Assembly (NCBI GenBank): GCA_030390025.1
Contig: JASTWF010000350.1
Span: 248,001 to 312,000, forward strand
Direction of reading: 5' to 3'
DNA from: Squalus acanthias
Lineage: Eukaryota
DNA: 64,000 bases
Position numbers and translations under genes: made by a program. The notes below the pieces were generated by a model, which saw nothing but the letters and a program-made list of their open reading frames with translations, was not told the origin of the DNA and ran no database searches. Of this stretch, positions 11,340 to 21,192 are shown piece after piece (the first letter of the stretch is position 1; each line of letters begins with the position of its first letter).

Positions 11340-12790
11340 ATTGTGGTGATTATTGAGGTTATTTTGTGTTTATTGTGGTTATTTTGTGGAGTTTATTGTG
11401 GTTATTTTGTGGAGTTTATTGTGGTTATTTTGTGGTGATTATTGTGGTGTTTATTGTGGTTATTTTGTGGTGTTTATTGTGGTTATTTTGTGGTGATTAT
11501 TGTGGTGTTTATTGTGGTTATTTTGTGGTGTTTATTGTGGTTATTTTGTGGTGTTTATTGTGGTTATTTTGTGGTGATTATTGTGGTTATTTTGTGGTGA
11601 TTATTGTGGTTATTTTGTGGTGATTATTGTGGTTATTTTGTGGTGATTATTGTGGTTATTTTGTGGTGTTTATTGTGGTTATTTTGTGGTGATTATTGTG
11701 GTTATTTTGTGGTGATTATTGTGGTTATTTTGTGGTGTTTATTGTGGTTATTTTGTGGTGATTATTGTGGTTATTTTGTGGTGATTATTGTGGTTATTTT
11801 GTGGTGTTTATTGTGGTTATTTTGTGGAGTTTATTGTGGTTATTTTGTGGAGTTTATTGTGGTTATTTTGTGGTGATTATTGTGGTGTTTATTGTGGTTA
11901 TTTTGTGGTGTTTATTGTGGTTATTTTGTGGTGATTATTGTGGTTATTTTGTGGTGATTATTGTGGTTATTTTGTGGTGTTTATTGTGGTTATTTTGTGG
12001 TGTTTATTGTGGTTATTTTGTGGTGATTATTGTGGTTATTTTGTGGAGTTTATTGTGGTTATTTTGTGGTGTTTATTGTGGTTATTTTGTGGTGTTTATT
12101 GTGGTTATTTTGTGGTGATTATTGTGGTGATTATTGTGGTGTTTATTGTGGTTATTTTGTGGTGTTTATTGTGGTTATTTTGTGGAGTTTATTGTGGTTA
12201 TTTTGTGGAGTTTATTGTGGTTATTTTGTGGTGATTATTGTGGTGTTTATTGTGGTTATTTTGTGGTGTTTATTGTGGTTATTTTGTGGTGATTATTGTG
12301 GTTATTTTGTGGTGATTATTGTGGTTATTTTGTGGTGTTTATTGTGGTTATTTTGTGGTGTTTATTGTGGTTATTTTGTGGTGATTATTGTGGTTATTTT
12401 GTGGAGTTTATTGTGGTTATTTTGTGGTGTTTATTGTGGTTATTTTGTGGTGATTATTGTGGTTATTTTGTGGTGATTATTGTGGTTATTTTGTGGTGTT
12501 TATTGTGGTTATTTTGTGGTGATTATTGTGGTGTTTATTGTGGTTATTTTGTGGTGTTTATTGTGGTTATTTTGTGGAGTTTATTGTGGTTATTTTGTGG
12601 TGATTATTGTGGTTATTTTGTGGAGTTTATTGTGGTTATTTTGTGGTGATTATTGTGGTTATTTTGTGGTGATTATTGTGGTTATTTTGTGGAGTTTATT
12701 GTGGTTATTTTGTGGTGATTATTGTGGTTATTTTGTGGTGATTATTGAGGTTATATTGTGGTTTTATTGTGGTGATTTGTGGTTAGCTTG
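11340..12790. repeat. 23-bp minisatellite (TTATTTTGTGG + TGT/TGA/AGT-TTATTGTGG), about 60 units
   Basis: Direct periodicity; ORF translations cycle every 23 aa (3 x 23 bp). Essentially no C on the + strand. Confidence 0.97.
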
Positions 12791-12862
12791 TGATGATTTG
12801 TGAAGATTATTGAGGTTATATTGTGTTGATTTCCATGTTGTGTTTTGAGTCACTAACTGTAT

Positions 12863-13947
12863 GGGATCGATTTTCAGGTTTGGACGAGAAACCAGTGTCT
12901 AAGCAGCCTCATGAGCGGCCGACCCATCTGGGAGAGGCAGTAGGAAGGCCTGGTTGCTGGCCAATTTCTCAAACAAAACAGCCTGCCAATTGGCTGGAAG
13001 CGGCTGCCTGGCCTTTAAAATCGGGCTGCAGGAGCGAACAGTCCCCGGCACTAAGGTAAGTCTTTGGGGGGGGGGGTTCCAACAGGGATCACTGTAAACT
13101 GAGGGTAGCCTGAGCAGGGGAGGCCCAAGGTTTCCTTGTGGGGCCCAGAGAATCGCTTCTGCTCCTCCTGGCCCACAAGGAAACTTACAACTTACCTCTC
13201 TGGGTCTCTTCTGGCCCTGGATCCCGCCCGACAGCTTTGACCTGGCGGGGAAGCCACTGCTGCTCTCTCGCTAGGACTCGGGTTTATATTGCAGTCGGTG
13301 CCCAATGACATTATTGGAGCCCAATCAGCATGTTTAAAGTGTCCTTCCCAGATTGGGGTGGAAAGCCAGTGGTTAAATTCTCTGCTCCATTTCCAGTGGT
13401 TTCTGGAGGGTACCCACCCCTCCATCGTCGGCGTTCACGATCCTCACACCCCCCTCCCCCACGTTGCTGCCGCACCCGACTCTACCCAAGCGATTTCTGG
13501 CCCCGATCTTCCCTTTCCGCCTGACACCGACTCCTGTGATCCACAACACCGACCCCGATCCCAGACCTCGACACAGGCCCCGATCCCTGACCCACGGACC
13601 GACCCAAGGCCCCATTGCAATCCTCGACCCAGGCCCCGATCCCTGACCCCTGTCCCCATCCCAATCCTGATCCTGGACCCAGGCCCCGATCACCGACAAT
13701 ACTTACCTGGGGCCGCTATCACCTCGCAGTGGCCCAAACTTGGAGTCCTTCTCACCAATGGGCTCTTCACGCTTTGCAGGCAACATTGAAATGAGGCCTG
13801 AGGCTCAATATCTGTAGAGCCTCGGGCCCCACCATTCAGGCATGGCAGGGGGAGGGGCGGAGTGAACTACGCCTCCCTCCCCCACGAGCGCGGCCCAATT
13901 TGCAGGCTACTGTTCCATATCCCCTCAAAGCCACAAAAATCGATAGT
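12863..13947. mobile_element. Probable Harbinger-type non-autonomous element
   Basis: Partial TIR GGGATCGATTTT / AAAATCGAT. GC-rich interior with short CCCCGAT-type repeats and GTAAG/CTTAC motifs, as in the other MITEs. Confidence 0.5.
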
Positions 13948-14507
13948 ACTTGAATTGGGCTTCCTTTGTGCCTGCCCCTTTAAAATTACTGCTGCCTTTA
14001 AGGCCCAGGAAATGTGGACTTCTTCTTTCCTTTCTGTCTGTGGCAAATAGCACGCACCCAAGTGTGCCTGATGTACACCTCAATTTTGTAAGTGAGGCCT
14101 GAGAGGAAGGTTAAGCACTGAGGTAGTGGTTGGGTGCCCTCTGCCCAAATTGGCCAAGGACAGCACCAGCAGAGGACAATCGGGCCCATGCATTTTCCAG
14201 TAAGTACCACTGGATACTCGTCAGGATTGAGAAGTCTGGCTGATGCTTTTATCTTTTCTCTAGCCTAGGGGCACTGAGACCAATTGTAGCATGCCAACTG
14301 CTGCGGGGGACCATCTAACTCTGAGGATTAAATTAGCTTAATATCATGCCAGGGCTGTTACCCAATCAGCCATCAGGACAGTCCATTGTTGATGTACTTT
14401 AAACTTCCTAGATTAATGTATGTTAATCTAATTACATTGGATTAAATTAAATGTGCTTAATTAAATTTTACAGATTTATCGATACAGCCTTTTCTAAAAA
14501 TACTTAT

Positions 14508-14720
14508 GATGTGGAGATGCCGGTGTTGGACTAGGGTGGACAAATGTGAGAAGTCGCACAACACCAGGTTATAGTCCAACAGCTTTATTTGAAATCACAA
14601 GCTTTCCGAGCGGCTGCTCCTTCCTCAGGTGAAGTGAAGAGATGCATATAGGCACAGCATATATAGTCAGAGAACACTGCCAGATGATTACAGTTAATCT
14701 TTCTAACTGCTTAGGTTGTG
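14508..14720 (-). mobile_element. Penelope-like element end with hammerhead motif
   Basis: The minus strand reads TCAC CTGAGGA AGGAGC AGCC GCTCG GAAA GCTT GTGA ... AATAAA ... CCGGCATCTCCACATC. Confidence 0.6.
14595..14632 (-). ncRNA. Minimal type I hammerhead ribozyme motif
   Basis: Stem I TCAC/GTGA, core CTGAGGA, stem II GAGC/GCTC, GAAA, and a palindromic AAGCTT at stem III. Confidence 0.6.
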
Positions 14721-14963
14721 AAATACTTAGGTTGTGAAATAAATCTTAAGATTTACTGTAACTTCGAATCTGATGCAATTGTATAAGAATCATTGCAGAG
14801 TCTGGCTGGCCTTGGGGATCTGAGGTACGTGGGCAGTACGTGGGCAGTACGTGGTCCTTCACACCAGCAGGACATTCAAATTGTAGCTTTTACACTGTGA
14901 AGCTCATCTAAAATCATGGTTTGCAGCCAATTACACTGAGTTTAAATCTGAATGAAAGACATT

Positions 14964-15705
14964 GGCCCAGAAATTAAAGACGGAGCCTTCCTGCGGGGGT
15001 AAGGCTTCCCCGCGATATCTCACTGTGCGCCTGCCTTTTCCTTCCGAGCTCACACGAACTTTAGTTTCATGGCTGCAGCTGTGCAGTGTGTGCGTATCCC
15101 ACAGACGCAGTTAATTCGTGCGAGCTGTGGGATCACGTGATTCAGTTAGAGCCAATGGCAGCACACCATCTTTCATTCATAGTTTTGACAGCAAGGGCTG
15201 TCAAAGCTATGAATCTATACCCCCCAAAAGAACAACTAAACCTCAATTAAATTTTTTTTAAAAACCATCACATTAATAAAATAAGTATAGTTTATTAAAT
15301 TAACCACTTTAAACAAAAAATTAAATTTTGAAAAAATTTAAAATCTTTTTAAAAATTATAAAAATAAACTCACCTTTCTTTAAAGTCTCTAAAAAAGATA
15401 TACCCGTTGAAATTTTTTTTAAATAATACTTAATTAACTACTTACCTTGTTAAAAGAGGGTCTTACGCCTCCTTTCTTTATGTGTAAAATCTTCCATGCT
15501 TACCTGCGCGTTCAAAGCACTAAGTGCACTGCGTGCGCGCAGCCTGTAGTGCGCACGCGGTTCACCTAGGAACCGCCCCCTTTTGAGTTCACCAAGTGCC
15601 GGTTTTCAGCGCATGCGCAGTGCATGCAGAAAACCGGCAATTGGAGACAGAATACGCGAGAGTACACAGTGCGTACTCTCGCGTACTAAGACTAATTTTT
15701 GGGCC
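14964..15705. mobile_element. 742-bp MITE, copy 1
   Basis: TIR GGCCCAGAAATT / AATTTTTGGGCC. Highly similar to 29209-29951. Flanks are ATT / AAT. Confidence 0.9.
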
Positions 15706-16115
15706 AATATCTTCTATCACTGCCTTATTGTCATATTTATGTTATAATTGGAACAGCCAGGAAGTCATCATGGTAACAGGGTTATAAGAGACAGTTTTGA
15801 TTTTCTGTTAGCTCTCAGCATGCACCAGAGTATGTTTAGTCATTGTCCTTAGGGTCATGGGATGAATGCCTCTCCCCACCCATGCCGCCCCATTCAAGTA
15901 CCATGTCCACGATGACCTTTTCTCTTCAATTTTATTTTGACATCAAACAGAACTTGAATAAAATTTGGAAGTAATCTTTGAATATTGCTATTTTTGGATA
16001 AACATATATAAATGATTAAAAAAATTGATTGTGCCTTACTCCTCTCAGTGACTCAGTGCATAATTTTCTTACAATTGAGAAACCAAGGCGAAATATCTCG
16101 ATTTCAGTATTCTAA

Positions 16116-16443
16116 GCTGACATTCCAGTGCAGTGCTGAGGGAGTGCTGCGCTGTCGGGGGTGCCGTCTATTATATGAGACGTTAAACCGAGGCTCCGTC
16201 TGCCCTCTCAGATAGATGTAAAAGATCCCATGGCCACTATTTCAAAAAAGAGCAGGGGAGTTATCCCCGGTGTCCTGGCCAATATTTGTCCCTCAACCAA
16301 CATCACTAAAACAGATTATCTGGTCATTATCACATTGCTGTTTGTGGGAGCTTGCTGTGCGCAAATTAACTGCTGCATTTCCTACATTACAACAGTGACT
16401 GCACTTCCAGAAAGTACATCATTGTCTGCAAAGCAGTTTGGGA
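16116..16443 (+). mobile_element. DeuSINE fragment followed by an L2 3' end (to about 16725)
   Basis: Deu-like core GAGACGTTAAACCGAGG...GATCCCATGGC...GGTGTCCTGGCCAATATT. Confidence 0.85.
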
Positions 16444-17081
16444 TTTTATTCGCTCCACCATTGACGGCCGTGGCTTCAGCTGCCCAGGCCCTAGAATTCC
16501 CTCCCAAAACCCCTCTGCCTCACGCCTCCTTTAAGATGCTCCTTAAAACTTATCTCTTTGACCAAGCTTATGGTCATCTGTCCTAATATCTCCTTATGTA
16601 GCTCAGTGTCAAATTTTATTTGATAACGTTCCAGTGAGGGGCCTTGGGACGTTTTACTGCAAGTTGTTGTTGGGATATCCTGAGGTCTTGAAAGGCACTA
16701 TATAAATGCAAATCTTTCTTTCTTTTTCAGTACAGTAAGGATGAAGGGTGATGGAAGTGTTTGTAGGATGGTGCATGTACAGCTTGGGGAATATAAGAGA
16801 GAAAAGTTCAGAGGAGCACTGACCATAGTAGATAGGAGAGGAACAAGACCTTGTTGCAATCGACTGGCACCAGGAAGACAATCCGACCCAATGTATCCCC
16901 ATCTCTGTATTGAGTTACTGTTAGCCAGGGTGACAATGGGGCCACCATAACTGGGCTGAACATCTCTGGGCTAGGGAAGGAAAGAAAGAAAAAACCTGCA
17001 TTTATGTAGCGCCTTACGAGACCTCAGGGCATCCCAAAGCACTTTACAGCAGGGAGAGGAAAAGTTAGCTCGGGTCACTGA

Positions 17082-17246
17082 CAATGTTCCCTCTAAGCTG
17101 TGTTTGTTGTGCGCGGCCTGTTTATTTCAATGCGCATCCCTTTAAATTACTCTGCATTTGCGGTATTTCCAATGGAAAAGCTAGTGAGCGGCCTGCATGG
17201 TAGTTTGCAGATTACTGCGCACGCGCGCAGTTTAGAGGGAACATTG
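17082..17246. mobile_element. hAT-type MITE (165 bp)
   Basis: TIR CAATGTTCCCTCTAAGCTG / CAGTTTAGAGGGAACATTG with an 8-bp TSD GTCACTGA / GTCCCTGA (one mismatch). Confidence 0.85.
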
Positions 17247-17779
17247 GTCCCTGATTAGTATGTCGTGTATGCTGAAAAGCACATGCATGTGGACATCAGG
17301 TAACGTTAGTATCGGGCTCAATAATGATGTGTCCCATGGTTGAATCACTCACCATCGCGCACTGTCCAGGTTTACACATGAATGATATCTGATTGAGCAA
17401 TTAGAGAGCTGCTGCTACCCGGCGGGGGTGGGGGAAACCCCAGTGTGAACCACAGCCTGCAGGAGTGAAGGATGTTGTGTTTTTGAGATGTTTGACCATT
17501 TTGCCACACAAAGGATTTAGAAAAAAAAGTTGTGGTTTTAAAGCGAAGTGTATTCACAGAGTTTAGAACAAGGTACTGAGATGGAAGGTGGTTAAGTGAT
17601 AACAAACTCATCTTTAATGTTGTTTACCCAAAGACTGTAAACACTAAGCAATTTGTTAATGGAACTCAATAATCAGTAAACATGTCATACTTATTGTATT
17701 GGGAAGTCTCTGATTACGCGCACTCGAAAGAGGTGGTTCAGAAGGTCTTCCCTTCTGTTTGTAAATACAAAGTAATAAA

Positions 17780-18232
17780 AGAAAGACTTGCATTTATATA
17801 GCGCCTTTTACAACCTCAGGATGTCCCTATGTGCTTCACAGCCAATGAAGTGCAGTCACTGTTGTAATGTAGGAAATGCAGCAGCAAATTTGTGCATAGG
17901 AAGCTCCCACAAACAGCAATGTGATAATGACCAGATAATCTGTTTTTTTTAGTGACGTTGATTGAGGGATAAATATTGGCCAGGACACCAGGGATAGGTC
18001 CCCTGCTCTTCTTCGGAATACTATCATGGGATCTTTTACATCCACCTGAGAGGGCAGACGGGGCCTTGGTTTAACTTCTCATCTGAAAGACAGCACCTCC
18101 GACAGTGCAGCACTCCCTCAGTACCGCACTGGAGTGTCAGCCTAGATTTTTGTGCTCAAGTCTCTGGAGTTGGACTCGAACCCACAACCTTCTGAGCTAA
18201 AGGCAAGCGTTTACCCACTGAGCTACAACTGG
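17780..18232 (-). mobile_element. DeuSINE, full length
   Basis: Matches 9202-9660 end to end. Confidence 0.9.
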
Positions 18233-18887
18233 CATGCCTTAAAATTAGAGACGGGGACAGAGGCAGCCAGTCAGTTTTTTAAACAGCAGCTACGAGGGCA
18301 AACTTTGGCCAGGTTCAGAAGTAGAATGCAGGAGGATATTTAGGATTATTTTGTTTAAATCAAGCAAGATAATCCACTGATGTGTGGAAGTATAACGTGT
18401 TTATTATTTTTATATTGTTACATGAAGACAAGTTGTATCGATTGAATTAAGTGAGTCCGATCACAACAGTTGCTATGTATGTTCACGTGCTGTAAATAAA
18501 TGCCAGGCATTTTTTTGGTCAGCCTCTGAGAAGATTGTAAAGGCAATGGGGGACAGGCGTGAACATCTGGTTGAGATCACATTGTTATATCCTTGGATCA
18601 CGCTATTGCATAGTTAGATATCGGACAGTACGGGCACACTCTTAAATGTAAGATGCTCAGACCATTGAATGGAATGACTAGCATCACTGTACTTGAGATT
18701 ACATCTAAGGCAAGACATTAAACTTGTAACAGAGGGTAAGTGGGGAAAAATTGGAGGGAAAGGTGGAAGTGGATTGAGAATTTTAAAAATCTGCAGCGGA
18801 AGTTTGAGTCTCCTATGATGCGATGCAGAATATAATTACAAGAAGGGTGAGATGATTGTTCAATAGCAAGGGGAAGAAGAAGTCAAT

Positions 18888-20905
18888 GGCTGGAATTTTC
18901 AGGGGTGTCAGTGGGCGGGATCGGTGGTGGGTCAGGGGGGAAAGTGTTTTTTTTTGATAGCGGGTCGGGAACACGCTGTCAAACCACAGCAAACCACACC
19001 TTTCCCAATATCGGGTCTGTCAGCGCTGAGCAGACCCAACAGGCAGCGGTGGGCGACACAGTTAAACTCATTATAATGTACATAACAGACCCATAACAGA
19101 CTTTTTTAACTTACTTTTTAACTTTAACTTCATGGCCATGGGAACCACGCTGTTCGGTGACCACAGCTGTCAACCTGAGGCAGGAGTTCAGTGGCCATTG
19201 CTCCAACTGGTTACTTGACAGCTTCAAATATACAGTAAAAGCTCCCACCTGACAGATCATCACTTTCCTCAGCCACAAGCTGTTTCTCAGCCCATTTCCA
19301 GCACAGATTCTGCAGGCTTTCCACTTTCCATTCTCCATCCACTCTCACCTCATTGGAAGAACTCTCTCACCATTGACAGAATGCTTCTGTCATCTCAACT
19401 TCACCGGCCATCTATTCCATCAACATGGGTGCTGTTTATACTGTCTCACCTTGGTCCTCAGAATCCGACCACGATCAGCTCCAACACCAGCAGCACCAGG
19501 CACACCGGCAGCACCAACAACACCAACCTTATCCTCAATCACCTGATGCTGCACAGGACACAGGGCATCAGCACCCGACCACATTGCTGTCCGGGAGGCC
19601 AGGGATGGCCTCACCATGGCCAGATTTACTTCACTTGACGCTGTACACCCTGGCTGCCACATGTTGTGCCAGGTTGGCACCACCCCACACCAACAACATA
19701 AAGCATTCCTACAATGTCCAAGTCATTTTTTTCACACTCACCACTATTGTGGGGGGTACCGTTATGTCTCACCATTCACTGTAACTCACTAAGCCACTTC
19801 CAAAGATGCACACAAATCTGTCCAAGAACGCAAAGTGTTGAAAATAAAGGTTTCAATGTTTGACACCACATTAACAGAAACTTTACATGAACATTGGATA
19901 AAACACCCAAGTGGCTACCTTGTGTGTTGTTAGTTGGTATGATTGCACTAGGATGAGGGTGAGTATGAGTGGTGGCTAATGAGATGGGGATGTGATAATG
20001 TAGATAGAGAGGGTTGGGTGGAGGTGCAAGGTAAGTTGGTGTGAGTAAGGATGTGCAGGAGTAGGGTAGGGAAGGCAGAGTGATGGGGATGTGATGAGAG
20101 GCATAGGAGGATGAGGGTGAGTGCGGCTTTGTACTAACGTTTCGTGATCTAATGAGATTATTGAAAGGTTTGCACCACTGCACTCAGGTCCTCCTGACGA
20201 CATTCCTACTTGTGACCTCCTGTGCAATGTGCAACCAGGCTGTGTTGGTCTCCTGGGGAGGCGTCATCCGTCCATGGGAAGGGAAGAGGACCTCCCTGCG
20301 TACTGTGACTCCCTCCATAAGCATATGGAGGGAGTCATGGGAGAACCTGGGTCTGTGCAGTGCTTGTCAGTATTTGCGGCCCTTCAACGCTGTAGAACAC
20401 TGACAGCACAAACATCAAAAGTAAGGTGGCCATGGTCCCTTTAAACAGGATAGTCATCTATTTCATCTGTTTTGCCATTGTAAATTATTTTGATGAGATA
20501 TAGAAGAAACTTGCTATATATGGAACATTACAGTTCCTGTCCTGTTGGCATGGTAGGAATGTCAAATATGGAAATCAACCGTTAACAGTTAAATAATATA
20601 AATTATAATGTTATTAGCAGAATTACAAAAGGACTACAGTCTTATTTAAAATTCAGCCAATGTGAACCATTAAACATACACTGACCCATTCACTTGTACT
20701 GAAGGCAACATTGAATGTCTAATCTGAATCCATTTAGAACCACAACATGCTTCCTCTAATTGGATCGGGAAACGCACTGGACGGGCTTAACAAGCCCTAT
20801 CAACGGAAATTCATTTTCCAGAGCGGGATGGAGCCAGCAGCGGGGCTGCGACCCGCCACTGACATCGCCTGCCCCGGACCCGCCGAGGTGAGCAAAATCC
20901 CGGCC
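18888..20905. mobile_element. Internally deleted Harbinger element
   Basis: TIR GGCTGGAATTTT / AAAATCCCGGCC with TSD AAT/AAT. Myb-domain remnant on - (QWCKPFNNLIRS, about 20130-20190). Confidence 0.75.
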
Positions 20906-21192
20906 AATATAATTGATAAAGCCAGCTCCTCCTCAGAAACATCTCTAATTAAAGTCAGCCACTATCTGGCACAGGAGGTTATAATCTAAAAATTAGGAGC
21001 ATGTTGTGGTTCTATGATGCTAATAACATCATCATTTATATTATTTAACTGTTAACGGTTGATTTCCATATTTGACATTCCTACCATGCCAACAGGACAG
21101 GAACTGTAATGTTCCATATATAGCAAGTTTCTTCTATATCTCATCAAAATAATTTACAATGACAAATCAGATGAAATAGTTGAATACCCCTG
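20446..21192. repeat. Long inverted repeat; left arm 20446-20619 plus 20735-20761, right arm 20991-21192
   Basis: The arms are near-perfect reverse complements, e.g. GGAACATTACAGTTCCTGTCCTGTTGGCATGGTAGG vs CCTACCATGCCAACAGGACAGGAACTGTAATGTTCC. Confidence 0.95.

Noticed and set aside
11366..12803. Hydrophobic Cys-rich ORFs as membrane proteins
   Set aside because: They are translations of the 23-bp minisatellite.
14710..14853. Short direct duplications (16 bp x2 at about 14710; 11 bp x about 2.7 at about 14825)
   Set aside because: These are ordinary slippage-scale duplications with no further structure.
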